Shown: piece after piece, positions 14,924-27,764 of the stretch
How positions within the stretch are numbered: the first letter of the stretch is position 1
How the letters are laid out: each line of letters starts with the position of its first letter
NCBI RefSeq assembly: GCF_002113885.1
Contig: NW_018408845.1
Location: 698,979-762,978 of the forward strand
DNA from: Mizuhopecten yessoensis
Taxonomy: Eukaryota
Direction of reading: 5' to 3'
Length of the DNA: 64,000 bases
Notes under the pieces: model-generated
The model's input: the letters and a program-made list of their open reading frames with translations, nothing else
What the model was told of the DNA's origin: nothing
The model's database searches: none
Position numbers and translations under genes: made by a program

Positions 14924-15759
14924 CACACACACCCCCCACCCCACCCCCACCCCACCCCCAGAGGACAACAAAGAAAATCGGCTGTATCAAGTTCATTTCA
15001 TTAATGACCTGGTAGTAAAATGTTTAAAATCAAATCATTTGATTTTTTTCTCTCGCAGAAATAAAACTGTTTGTGACTGTTTCTTAGTGTGGTTAGTTTG
15101 TATCCCGGGCTATCCATGTCTCTTATAAAAGTAAGTTAGTTTTCACATTTATTAAACATCAATGATTCAATTAACTAAATCTGTTATATGATTGGTGACA
15201 CAATAAAATTCCGTATAAAACTCTGTTGGAGGATAAGTAGGCCAATGGGTAGGTTCAGTAATTTGAACTATTGAGCTTTAAAAAGCCTGAAAAGGAACAT
15301 TGTAACCCAATGATATTCTATGCAGTACAGCTATGGCTGTTAATGCAATCATCTCATTCGTCCCTACTGCTGCCGTTCCTATGGACAATTGCTAACAGCT
15401 TATTATAGACGTAATGATCAGATATACACTTAGCAATAAAGGCACACAAGCTCTACAAACCAGTTTTTTTTTATCAAGCTGTTATCAATTGGTTTATTTA
15501 TTTTTACTCCCATGCTCCTGAAGGTGAACGATTGGATTTGAGTACCACTGTATTGGAGAATGGATAAGAGACGCCCGGCCGACATAAAGGTTAATATAAC
15601 ACTGGAACCGGATAACTAGCAGGGTATTATTTAACTGTGTTCCTTAGCCGTCGTCTTTATTATGTTTAGGAGCTGGATGTCTTCAATTAAACTTGTGGAA
15701 TATCTGTCTTTATTGTTTTAACACAGACGACGAGAAAATCTGAAAGAAGTGACATTTCA

Positions 15760-15900
15760 AAAGAGTTAAGCAACGTACTCCATGCCAAAATTTTACACAA
15801 ACTCGAGAACTGCGGATTTGGTGAGCTTCCCCTTGAGTGACTGGGACCCTTCCTTACAATTCCTCACAATACCACACATGAGCGGTAGGCAAGAGAGACC
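15760..15900 (+). mobile_element. Short decayed LINE RT fragment
   Basis: VLHAKILHKLENCGFGELPLE*LGPFLT resembles the CR1 RT pattern VPHxxLLHKLxxYGIxG..W..FLT. Confidence 0.45.
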
Positions 15901-16288
15901 CCTGTGACGAATGACGTCAGAACCTAAGCATCTAGACTAGGAAGAAAAAAATGCACTTGACATTTCAATTAAGACGGTTGACGGGCTAGTGCAAGTATTA
16001 CTAGTCACCAACAAACGACTAATTGGGACAACAAGATAACATGAGGATTACCAGAGCAACATCCAGGAATATTTTACAAAACAATGTTTGAAATTCAACT
16101 AACTTTTTCTCATTGCCAAAAAGTGACCAAAATGTTGTCATTGACTCAATATATTATCAAATTGAAATAAAGACTAGTATTCTTGTAATAATAGCTTCGT
16201 TGTGAGGAAGATCCCAGAGCAAAGTCTCCTAGATTTTTTTTATTTCTGCTGCAAAGTCCGAGATTTTTTAAGTAGCCTTCAGTATAGT

Positions 16289-16461
16289 CCGTCTTTGCGT
16301 TATCTTCTCTTGGGAGCAGGTATTGATTGTTACGTCACTTGTTTGTGAGAGTAACGTCATCAATTTTTGAGAAAACGACGTAATTTTCTCACACAAACCA
16401 ATAACGTAACAATCAATACCTGCTCCCAAGAGAAGATAACTCTGCAATACGCAAAGACGGA
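16289..16461. mobile_element. Palindromic MITE
   Basis: Arms of about 60 bp: GTTATCTTCTCTTGGGAGCAGGTATTGATTGTTACGT / ACGTAACAATCAATACCTGCTCCCAAGAGAAGATAAC. Confidence 0.8.
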
Positions 16462-19400
16462 AAAGTTAGTCTTGCAATATATCCCTTTTTATTGCAAACC
16501 TACCATGATTGGATTCAGTAGCGTTACGTTACTGATATATCAACCACACACACACATATATATATATATAAATGTTAGCAAAGGCACCGCCATGGTATCA
16601 AACGTTCAACACTCTGATTCCATTCTTTAACCAATTCTGCGAATTCCAACTCCCGAAATGTGTTTACAAATATGCATATCATGATTAATTTGAGTTAAAT
16701 ATTATGGGTACATTCACATTTGTATTCATCCGTTAATAATAGGTACAGAGCTGTTTAGTGTGGATCAGTCGGGTGCAGCAACACAACCCAGAATGTGGTT
16801 GTGATCTACCCCTGCACTCAGCTCTGTTTTAATTGACTCGTATTCGGTATCGATGATTTGGTTTATGATAACAATTAGTCTGATTCCTTTGAGTATGATA
16901 GCAATTACTTCCATATCCTGGTACATGATACTACATTGTAATAAGCTCAATATATTGGTTTTTGATCGCAATTAGCTCATTACCTTGATATATGATAACA
17001 GTATGCCCGATGGCTTGGTTTCAGATTATAACAGTCCAATGAAGAGATGAATAAAGATAAATAGCAAAATCCAATAAGTCAATTCGTACTCTTTCAACAA
17101 TATTTAGAACACGGAAATCATTTCGGTCTTACGAAAAATGTTAAATGATGTATTTCGTCACTTTTTCCCCAAATACAACCTTGATAGTGCTATACAGTGT
17201 GCCGATGTCTGATCACTATTCAATGTAAATGATTGGTTTCGTTCTCAGGCTTCACAAAATCGTAATCGATATCATCTTCCAAACTGTAAAACGATTTAAG
17301 TACATCAATCGTTATAATGCCTCATCATTCGTGTTAAATAGACATACTGAAAAGTGCAAAATAGCGCGGATTGATTTGGAGATGGTTGTTAATATAGCTG
17401 CAATAAATTGCCGGAAGTAATTGAAATAAAACTAATGACTGTCCAATGATAGCTGGTAAAAAAAATAATGGTTTTTTTTCTCGTGCGTCTTCTATGGAGA
17501 ATTGATCACCCCGATCAGTGAAGATATATGTATAATTACGGACATAATTAAGTCGGAGCACCATAATGAATCTTAACGTGCGCACTCTATCGAGCGTAAT
17601 CGCTGTGCTGATTAATATAAGGTAGATGAAAGGCTTCTTACACCTGCAAACTAGGACAGCGACATGTTTACTCGCCCAGGTGTAGTCCGCTAAATCACAA
17701 ACGCTTAAAGATGGTCCTAGAAAAGCCCTATAACGCCCACTGGATTGCTTCTTGTTGTTCTCTTTGGCTCAGTAGCATATCAATCTACTTATACTAACGT
17801 CTTTCTGTCTAGATCACTTTAACAATCGCAACAGACTTTGTCATGTGATGTTTGTAATAAACACGCATAATCGGCGAAATCATATTGTAATCGAGATAAC
17901 ATTCATTCGTGACTTTATTTTTTTCACCCACTAAACCGGATTTATAAATACATTGCAACAGTTTTAAAGCGTTTGACATACATGTGTGGAGTATGATAGG
18001 AAGATTGGAAGTTAGTGAAGAAACGTGCTAAAACAGTAGACAGAAGATTGTAGACAACCTGTTATATGGGCGCCATCATGACCTCACTGGAAAATATGAT
18101 ATTTTTATGAGTGATAGGAAAAGCAATTTTTTGTTATGTTCATTAGTGTGCATTGTTCCGTTGTCACTACCGCGATTCTTACCAAGAAGACGTGGCATTA
18201 TTGGGACATATTCTGAATTTAAAGCAGAAAACACTAACCTTTCGGGAACATTTGGCCTTACTCTCCCAGCAATGGTCTTCTTGTAACTCTTTTCTTTGTT
18301 CAAGTGTTGCCCTTGTTTGATCGATTTTGATACCAAAATATTTCTATTTTATTTATCTTGTTCAAAATACTACATCACGAAATATCTTTCAACAGAGCTG
18401 CTGTAATTCACGGCATGTGATCGTAAAAGACGATTACGCCCTGCTTCAACATCTGATTCTCTGCCGTAAATGGTACGTCTGCTTTCCCAATAACAATACT
18501 TTAGATAATGGTTTCCCCCTTTTTATTCCTTTACTACAACCTGTTTTACTTCAAAGTTGTTTTATGTCTTATGTATCTTTACAAAAGTCAGAAGATTTAT
18601 TGTTGTTACTTTTTTGATACAACAAAAACTTTTCTGAATTTTTGCACATGTATTTTAAAGAGGATGGATTCCTGAATGAAAATGAAAGTTTTGTTCGAGC
18701 ACCTATTTTTAAAAATGCACTAAAACAAGTGTTGTTTTGGCCTACAATCATCATGCCTAATAACATAAAGCGTGACTATAACATTTGTAATGGTTATGCA
18801 GTAGAACAGACACGTTACCTATAATTATTTACAATCTATTGTACCCTCTTGACGTTGATCTAAGAGCAATGTTAGCCTCTATATGTGCCGGAAAACCATA
18901 GGTCTGCTGTCTCCCATTGCATCTTATCGCAGGTATTGACGTACTGGGTTCTCCTGCAGATTTGGTCGTTTTCTGTTCCATCAACCTGCATTTCGGTTTC
19001 GGTTTTCTATTCAGTGTTTATACATTGCTGAAAGGGACGTTGCAGATGCAAAATATGTATTAACATATATAATCTGCTGCCCCCATTCAACACTGGAGAC
19101 CTCTGGCTTTTGTTTTCTCACCACCAATACACTTTCCATTCACTAGTGTTTTCCTGGGTATCCCTTTAACATGTCAAATATAATAACATAGTAATTTTGA
19201 AAAAATGTCCAACTGTTTCTGTGGAATGCAACATGGAATAGAGCCTGTGACATTTCGCAGATTCAGTGACCAATGTTGTATTTGTTTTCAAGACAATGGA
19301 TGTCGTTTATTAAATGTATGAAGTGTTTAAACTGTAAATATACGTGTAGGGTGACTTGTTCAGTCCAGCGACCACTCGCTATTCTCCAATGACTCTAGTT

Positions 19401-20998
19401 TTATTTGTCTCTGGCTCTTTGTCAAGAAACTCCGAGGTACTGCTCGTGACATAGACTTCCTGTCCACATAATGGACAATCACAGATCACCGGGATATTAG
19501 CAATCATTGTTATGTTAATTACCAATCAATGCTGATTCATAAAAAATTTACAACTATAATTGTCAGGTGAGAATATGGGTTTGTTGTCAACAAACCCACG
19601 TCCAGAGCGAGTTTCTACACTATATGGACGCTGGAGTTCAAAGAATTATAATTTTGATATGCATTTATTCATTCATTTTTTATAACCTTAAACCTTGCGG
19701 TTTATCAGTACAGTGCATATATACTTAAAGGTCTTTTATAGAAATACTATTTCCATGATAGAAAGTCTAACAATGACTAAAATCAGGTCACAGGTTACTC
19801 TACAAAACAGCTTTATCTATACAAATAGCTGACTGATGATGTATATATATATATATCGCGTAACAAACGTTGGAATATTTTTACATCTTGTGTTTTATAT
19901 TATATTTACATTATACGATACCTGTATTTTATGTTGTTTAACTTGTCATTAACGTTCCAAGTCAAGTTATCTATATTCGAAATAGTTTAATTTATATAAA
20001 AAAAAACTCTTTTTAGTATAAATCTGCAATCATGTTATTAATTTGTTGAATACATTTTGCTTCACATGAAATCTGACGTAATTGCTAAAGTATTTCTAAA
20101 GATGTTATCCATAGGCTGGAGACTTTTTATTTTAACTATAGCCACCAACCATCAGGTATGGAGGCATGATAGTGGTGGATTTGTGGAGCGAAAACTCACA
20201 TAGAACTGTATAGAAGTGTAAAGACACTACACAACATCAGCTTACAGTCGTGGCGGCGACGGACGTTCTCTGCTACTTTCGCTCTGATGAGTTCTTCAAT
20301 CAATGCAAAATGCCCATACAAATATAACAATGAGCGAAGAAGTCAGAATAAACATGATACAAATTACATTGAACGGTCTCGCTCTTTTAACCACAGTTCT
20401 TGTCGCTCTCTCTATCCCTATGTCCCGTATTTCAAACGTGTTAACCTGCAATTTCTACTCCAATAAAGAATCGTCAGACGGGAGTGAAAGTTCACTGTCG
20501 TTTGCATTGTTTCTATTGCACAGCTAGTAAGTCCATGGAGGTATAATGTGTGAAGTGTTAAGCATGCCCAGAAAATCGGTGCTTGGAATAGGTTCAGTTT
20601 TATTACATGATAAAATTGAAAACCAAACTGAATTGTTTTATTTATTTCAGCTTAGTTGTAACGTCGCATCTACAACCTACTCTCGTTATACCGTGGTTTG
20701 CATATGTCGAACGACTTTCTAAAACAATTTAGATCATCAAGATCTTAAAGTTCAATATTAAAATGATATAAAAAAAATCTGATTTAAAGGTCCATTGGTG
20801 TCCTTTGAAACAAAATCAAACACAAATTACTTTCAACTTCTTCAAGATACCATTCTTGAGTGAGTAACTCTTGGTCACCGAATTCATTGGCTTGCAATTT
20901 ATATGAGACTGGGCCAACCACTTCTGTCCGTATTCGGAGTAAGGGTCAAATCGCATATCAATCAGCTGTAGGGTTTGTAAACTGTCGCTTGTTCATCG

Positions 20999-21207
20999 CA
21001 GATACGGCTTTAGCATTGTAAGTGTCTGAGACCAGTCGGTAACGAGTCAGCGAACCTTCGGTGTCTCGTAACAACTGAACGGGGACGGATCGGGGACTAC
21101 CCAGATACGGCTATAGCATTGTAACTGGCTGAGACCAGTCGGTAACGAGTCAGCGAACCTTCGGTGTCTCGTAACAACTGAACGGGGACGGATCGGGGAC
21201 TACCCAG
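20999..21207. repeat. 103-bp near-perfect tandem duplication
   Basis: CAGATACGGCT...GGGGACTACC at 20999 and 21102. Confidence 0.95.
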
Positions 21208-22439
21208 TTTGCGATTCATCACAGATCAAGACATTGCAAATATAAAGGGTGATTTCCATTTGTCAAGTTGTTAACAGCAGAACAGTGTTAGTTGCTGCGC
21301 ATTTTATATGTCTTTCTAAAGACTGTGATATGTTGCAAACTCAAAGGCGAAGTATCAGTGCACGCTTGCATAACACTGTGGACCCGGTCGACAACCAGTC
21401 GCCGATGAAACGCCGGACAATTACTGCATCATTAATGACCAATCACAGACAGGGCGCTACTAGGTTGTGAAGAGTCAAGGCAGTCTGTGGTGCGTGATCT
21501 TTCAGGAGACCAATGTACCTCTCGGCTACCTTATTAGACTTTTGCGTAAACCAAACTGAAAAAAGAGATGTTTCGAACAAATGAGTTTTGCAATCGCTCT
21601 GAAACTTTGTACCGTTGTAAGTGAAACCTTTCTGAGACCCTGAAACCTAGAAGGTCCTTAATGATCGCTTTGTCTGTATGATTTGGGTTTTATAAAGATA
21701 GGCTCATTATATTTGTGGTTTTTAAGTCCCGAGGTGGCGTAGTTATTTCTATTGTTTTTAAATTTGAGGAATGTGTTATTGTGGCTTGGTCATACGTTGT
21801 TTTTATTGATTTATTTACGTATCTCCCTTCATCAGCTAAGTAAACTCTGACTAAGTATATAAGTGTATATTAGAGTATACACAGTGAAAAGAGGCACGGC
21901 AGATTGAGACTTGTGTTTCATTTCAGAATATTGTAGTACATGGACCTTACACACCAAAGGACTTGAGCAGCAGGCAAAGTCTATAAAAGCCCTCTTCGAA
22001 AACAAATATAGCGCCGTCCACGCTTCAGCGAGATAATAGCCTGATGGCAACCATTGCGTGGTACAAAAAAAACGGATGCTTGCAAACTTCTTATTACATG
22101 GATGCACAGTCACATTACGCTAACGTAAACTTCGTTATGAAACATTCGACCGCGTCACTTCATTTGCAGTGTGCCAATGCGCGTACATGACGAACGTTAT
22201 AAATGGATATAAATGTTCGAAGGAATAATCTCATTACTTAGTTTTAACTTGAAATTTAATGAAAGGAAGAAAAATAGTGTTGTTGACTGTATATTTTCGT
22301 AATTTAGTCATTTGTCTTTGTAGATTCACCGGAACTTTATTAACCTAGCGACCATGGCTTCCGTAGTTACCATGGTAGCAACCCAATTCGACTTTTTTTC
22401 TGCGTGTGTATCATTTTAACACTTTTTGAATGTAAATAT

Positions 22440-22591
22440 AAGGATTGATCGACCTTCTTTTTGACGACGTATAACAGTGGTATGAACGCAGTCAAAACGA
22501 TTAAGTGAGCGCTGACGCGCACCATAGAATATATTCGTTGCCAACTGCGTTCATACTACCGTATACGCCGTCAAAATGAAGGTAAATCCTT
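22440..22591. mobile_element. Degenerate palindromic MITE
   Basis: AAGGATT..ACCTTC..TTTTGACG..GTATGAACGCAGT versus ACTGCGTTCATAC..CGTCAAAATGAAGGTAAATCCTT. Confidence 0.65.
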
Positions 22592-22614
22592 GATTGTCGT
22601 CTTGGAGCGATGCA

Positions 22615-22616
22615 TA

Positions 22617-22658
<42 letters not shown>

Positions 22659-22991
22659 TCGAGGTTCTTATATACCGCTTTATCACAACCTAGTTCGGAG
22701 GTCTCAAAGCGGTTCACAAATTATTATCCGCGGTTATAGGGCCTTTGCAACCAGCTAACACCTTTCTCAACTCCCTGGGGAGCATACAGCCGGTGCTGCC
22801 ATATCGGCGCTCATAGCTAGCATTCAACAATTCTAGCACTGCCCAACCACGTACTCATTTACAGCTGAGTAGACTGGAACAAGCGGAGTAAAGTATCTTG
22901 CTCAACGATACAACACAGAGCCGTGACGTGACTCGAACCCGCAACCCTTCGGTCATGAGCCCAGCGTCCTACCACTAGACTACTGCGCCTC
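22615..22991 (-). mobile_element. Full-length tRNA-derived SINE
   Basis: Minus strand: A box TAGTCTAGTGG, B box GGTTCGAGTC, CORE/V-like body (TTGAGCAAGATACTT...CTGTAAATGAGTAC), L2-like 3' end (CGCTTTGAG...AAAGCGGTATATAAG) and an (ATT)n tail. Confidence 0.9.
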
Positions 22992-23699
22992 AATTAATAT
23001 CAGGTGCATGGAGTACTTTTGGTGGCGTACGTAGAGTTACATTGTATGTCAAGACAAAATGACGGAATGGCTTGATGTGGTTTAATCGTCATATATTGTA
23101 CGGCTGGTATGAAAATCAATTGATTGTGGCGAAGAGCTATACATGTCCACTATGATACGATGTAACCCAGGTGCGTACGGGTCGTTTGTCATTTCGTCCT
23201 CGTTATCCGGTACACACGAGTCGTTTGCTATTCCGATCTAATTACAAAGTATAACTGGTGTCTGCGTACATCTACATCGGATCACACAGAGTATCTTTCA
23301 GTACCACAGTATACAGTCCCAGGAGAGCTGGCTTCCTGTCACTCGCGTGCCAACTTTACCATAAAGTACACTTTTCGTGTAATTTCCTCTTTGTGAATAT
23401 GTTCGATAAAGGTTCCTGGAACTCTAGTGATGTAAAATGAAGTGGATTTTGCCATTATAAATGCTACAACATCGTTATTTACTCTTAAGTGCGTACCATT
23501 ATTCCAATGACCGAACCATTTGTTCTTTCTTCTTAATATACATTTCTCTTGTTATGACGAAAACTGATAACATCGGATTGTTTAAACTGAGCATGCTACA
23601 TACACAATATATAGTAATATTAGCACCGTGTAACATTCCCCATCCAATTACATATAGAAATGGACCAGGTTGATCACGTAATAGTACCCAAACAATACA

Positions 23700-24810
23700 A
23701 CTCATGTTACATGTCCTACAACAAGTTTCCATGTAACAGTCCAATTACATATAACAGGCTTGCCCAATCAATAACAACTCGTATTGCAAATATCCCATTT
23801 AACAGTTCCCGTCCAATTACATATACCAGGCTAGTAACGTAATATTTCCCAATCAATAACAACTCGTATTACAAATATCCCATTAAACAGTTCCCGTCCA
23901 ATTACATATACCAGGCTAGTTCCGTAATATTGCCCATTCAATAACGACTCGTATTACAAATATCCCATTAAACAGTTCCCGTCCAATTACATATACCAGG
24001 CTAGTTCCGTAGTATTGCCCAATCAATTACAACTCGTATTACAAATATCCCATTAAACAGTTCCCGTCCAATTACATATACAAGGCTAGTTCCGTAATAT
24101 TTCCCAATCATTAACAACTCGTATTACAAATATCCCATTAAACAGTTCCCGTCCAATTACATATACCAGGCTAGTTCCGTAATATTTCCCAATCAATAAC
24201 AACTCTTATTACAAATATCCCATTTAACAGTTCCCATCTAATTACATATAACAGGCTAGTTACGTAATATTTCCCAATCAATAACAACTCGTATTACAAA
24301 TATCCCATTTAACAGTTACCGTCTAATTACATATACCAGGCTAGTTCCGTAATATTTCCCAATCAATAACAACTCGTATTACAAATATCCCATTAAACAG
24401 TTCCTGTCCAATTACATATACCAGGCTAGTTACGTAATATTTCCCAATTAATAACAACTCATATATCAAATTTCCCATTAAACAGTCCCGTCCAATTACA
24501 TATACCAGGCTAGTTACGTAATATTTCCAAATCAATAACAACTCGTATTACAAATATCCCATTTAACAGTTCCCGTCTAATTACATATCCCAGGCTAGTT
24601 ACGTAATATTTCCCAATCAATAACAACTCGTATTACAAAAATCCCATTTAACAGTTCCCGTCCCATTACATATACCAGGCTCGCCATGTAATATTTACCA
24701 AACAATAACAACTCGTATTACAAATATCCCATGTAGCAGTTCCCGTCTAATTACATATACCAGGCTCGCCATGTAATATTTACCAAACAATAACAACTCG
24801 TATTACATAT
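23700..24810. repeat. 85-bp tandem repeat, about 12-13 copies
   Basis: Unit CAATCAATAACAACTCGTATTACAAATATCCCATTAAACAGTTCCCGTCCAATTACATATACCAGGCTAGTTCCGTAATATTTCC. Confidence 0.97.
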
Positions 24811-24960
24811 GCAACATTTCCCGTTCAATTATTGTTTTTAGACTGGAATATTGACGTTTTTTAGTATGCTCATAAGTGTCTAGCAGTTTCGTTGATATCA
24901 AAATGTTCACAATTTATTGATACTTATTCGCATATGAGGCAATAATCTGAGCATTCATTC

Positions 24961-25915
24961 AAACAAAGAGGCCCGATAGGCCTGCATCGCTCACCTGGTC
25001 TAAATCTCACACTTCTAAGCTTAAAAGTGATCTGAAATAAAGCTACAGGCAAACTATCAGTATTTATGACTATAAGTCATTCAAAAGAACCTGTTAAAAG
25101 ATTTAAAAACCATTTCATCCCTGTGACCTTAAAAGTCCAATAAGGTCATTACGTTGAACAAATTGTATAGCCCTTCATCTCAGGATGCAACTTGCAAAAT
25201 TCCAACACCCTATCCTTTTGTTTATTATGATAAGGCCATCTAAATGTTTACACATATTTGACCAAATGTGACCTTGAAAGTGGGTCAAGGTTATTCAAAT
25301 TAAAAAGCTTGATAGCCCTTCATCCAAGCATGATACTTGCTAAATAAAGTTGTTTAAAAGTTTCCAACATATTTGACCCTTGTGACCTTAAATATAAGTC
25401 AAGGTCATTCATTTCAACAAACTTTGTAGTCCTCCATCTTGGTCTGTTACTGACCAAATATTAACATCCTAGGCATTTTGGTTATTCAGAAGAGGTCATT
25501 TAAAGATTTTAAACTTATATGACCCCTGTGACATTGAATGTAATTCAAGGTCATTCATTTGAACAAACTTAGGAGCCCTTTATCCTAGTCTACTACTGAA
25601 GTTGTTTAAAAAGTTTCAAACATATTTGACCCCTGTGACCTTAAATATATGTCAAGGTCATTTATTTAAACAAACTTTGTAGTCCTTTATCCTAGTCTAC
25701 TACTGACCAAATATCAACATCCTAGTCCTTTTGGTTATTCAGAAGAAGTTGTTTAAAGTTTTAAACATATTTGACCCCTGTGACCTTGAATATAGGTGAA
25801 TGTCATTTTTTGAACACTCTTTGTAGCCCTTCATCCCAGTTTGCTTTTGGCCAAATATCAGCACCCTAGGCCTTGCGGCTATTAAGAAGTTGTTCGGGCC
25901 AGGTGAGTTCAAAAC
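24961..25915 (+). mobile_element. Non-autonomous Helentron-type element (HINE) with internal tandem repeats
   Basis: 5' end GAGGCCCGATAGGCCTGCATCGCTCACCTGG; subterminal inverted CCAGGTGAG near 25900; internal repeats of roughly 125-130 bp containing TTTGACCCCTGTGACCTT. Confidence 0.75.
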
Positions 25916-26433
25916 TTTATCATTTTTATCTATTTGTAAAAAGTGAAATCGTATCATTCCATTGTTGACACTTTAATCTGTTCTAAATATCCAGTATGAC
26001 ATAGTGGTGTTTGGAGGGTCAATGGTCATAGTTAAAATGTAGTCACTCTGTTTATTATCTGGATTACGGTCGATATTTTGTTTACATCTGCCCATCACCG
26101 TGATACAGGATTTCGTCTCTATTTGTTTTCCACCGGATCAACTTTAATATGACGAGTAAATAGGTCTTTCCCTAATACTGTAGAGTCCATCATTGTGTTA
26201 CACTAGTATAGCAGTACGAAACACATAACAGTGCATACGTGAGCATCTTTCATTGTCAAGTATAACAAAAACATTTTAATGGCCAAGTACAGAGTGTACA
26301 AGGAACACTTCTAACAAGACAAGGAACAATTTTCGGATTCTAATTAAAATGATAACATCGGCAACATTTCTACGTTTCAAGTGATACAATCGGCAGGTAA
26401 TCAGTGCATATCACGACCAAGAAGTGTTCAAGC

Positions 26434-27330
26434 ATGGGTACAGGTACTTCAAAGCCAACAGAACAACAGAAAAGGGTCCAAAAATTGAGTTTTCTCGACG
26501 ACAATTATCCAAACACAAATACACAAGAAGAGTCATTGGGAGGCAACAACAGTTATGCGTATTCAGCGACGCCAGACAATGAAGGACTTTCCCCTAGGAC
26601 TCAATATGGTTATACATCTGTGGAGGAAGACGACTACCCAATTCCCGGAAGGGTATGTCACGCTTGGTGGTCACAGGCAGATTTATACGATTGCTCGTTC
26701 CCGGGAGAACACTCTCAACAAGCGACTCGTCACAGTTCAAGGCAAGTAAATGACGTCACGACAATTGATGCATTTGGGAACGCCTACTCGGGCAACGATC
26801 AGCGTTCTGCAAGGGCGCATAAGCCTTTTGAGGTTAAAGGAACAAATAAATCGGAAAGAACAAGATGTTCTTTGACAGGAAAGGTATCCTATATAGATAC
26901 AGGCAGCTATAGCCATACTACCATTGATACAAGTGATCCTGTGAATCGTCCAAATGCCGCCAAAAGAAGCAGATCAGCATCAGGAACACGTGAAAAAAAC
27001 AAAAAATCCGACAATTGTAACAATTCTAAAACAAGAGACGTCGATTATGGTGGTGGCGACCAGCGTGTTCCAGTCGGCGACAAGGAAGAGGCGGTAGATT
27101 TAGTACAATTAGTTACAAGACTTCTGCGGGAAAATCAGATCGTTTCTGGTAGTGTTAATAATGTTGAAGAAATGCAAAATTGTGGCCCGAAGTCTAAGTT
27201 TACTGTAAAAGTGTCAGTGAGACCGAATTCTCACGTGTGTGAAATCATCTTGCCGGAGGCAATGTTCTTTGCGAGTAATCAGCCAACCATAGCCACTGAC
27301 TCAACCAAGAATAAGAACCGAGTAGGATGA
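26434..27330 (+). CDS. Intronless uncharacterised 298-aa protein with N-myristoylation motif
   Basis: 897-nt stop-free non-repetitive ORF in AT-rich DNA; ATG in good context (AGCATGG); starts MGTGTSK; no recognisable domain. Confidence 0.6.
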   Translation: MGTGTSKPTEQQKRVQKLSFLDDNYPNTNTQEESLGGNNSYAYSATPDNEGLSPRTQYGYTSVEEDDYPIPGRVCHAWWSQADLYDCSFPGEHSQQATRHSSRQVNDVTTIDAFGNAYSGNDQRSARAHKPFEVKGTNKSERTRCSLTGKVSYIDTGSYSHTTIDTSDPVNRPNAAKRSRSASGTREKNKKSDNCNNSKTRDVDYGGGDQRVPVGDKEEAVDLVQLVTRLLRENQIVSGSVNNVEEMQNCGPKSKFTVKVSVRPNSHVCEIILPEAMFFASNQPTIATDSTKNKNRVG

Positions 27331-27764
27331 AGACGTGCCAGTCCATAAACACCAACAAAGATGGGATCCGTCTCTGGAACTATTTAAAGCCAGTGCGTAA
27401 TTTCAAATTATACAATTGTTCAACCGATTGGCTTTATCTAAATTAACTCAATAGTGTACACAAATGGTTCGTCTCAAATTGATATGTGTAACGTTATGGT
27501 TCGTCTCATTCCAAGTAGTTCTTTAAACTAACCATGCCGCAATGTGTCGGAAAAAGCAGCGGTTAACACTGAAACCGACATGGTCAGAGGTAATGTTTAC
27601 ACAATACACGTGCTTTTATCTTAATTGATAAAGACCTATTGCGTCACTTGGTATGCTAAACGACTTTATCACATACCTGTTGAATCTTGTTATAGTTATA
27701 CAAGCAATTCTCAGACCATGGTATACAACGTTCTGTATTGCACATGTGCAATACGGAATGTTGT

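Noticed and set aside
17240-17455. Possible small minus-strand exons with AG/GT boundaries
   Set aside because: Short hydrophobic peptide without homology; consistent with chance in AT-rich DNA.
20284-20310. Hammerhead ribozyme core CTGATGAG
   Set aside because: No stem II or correctly placed GAAA; the hairpin at 28500-28555 also lacks the core.
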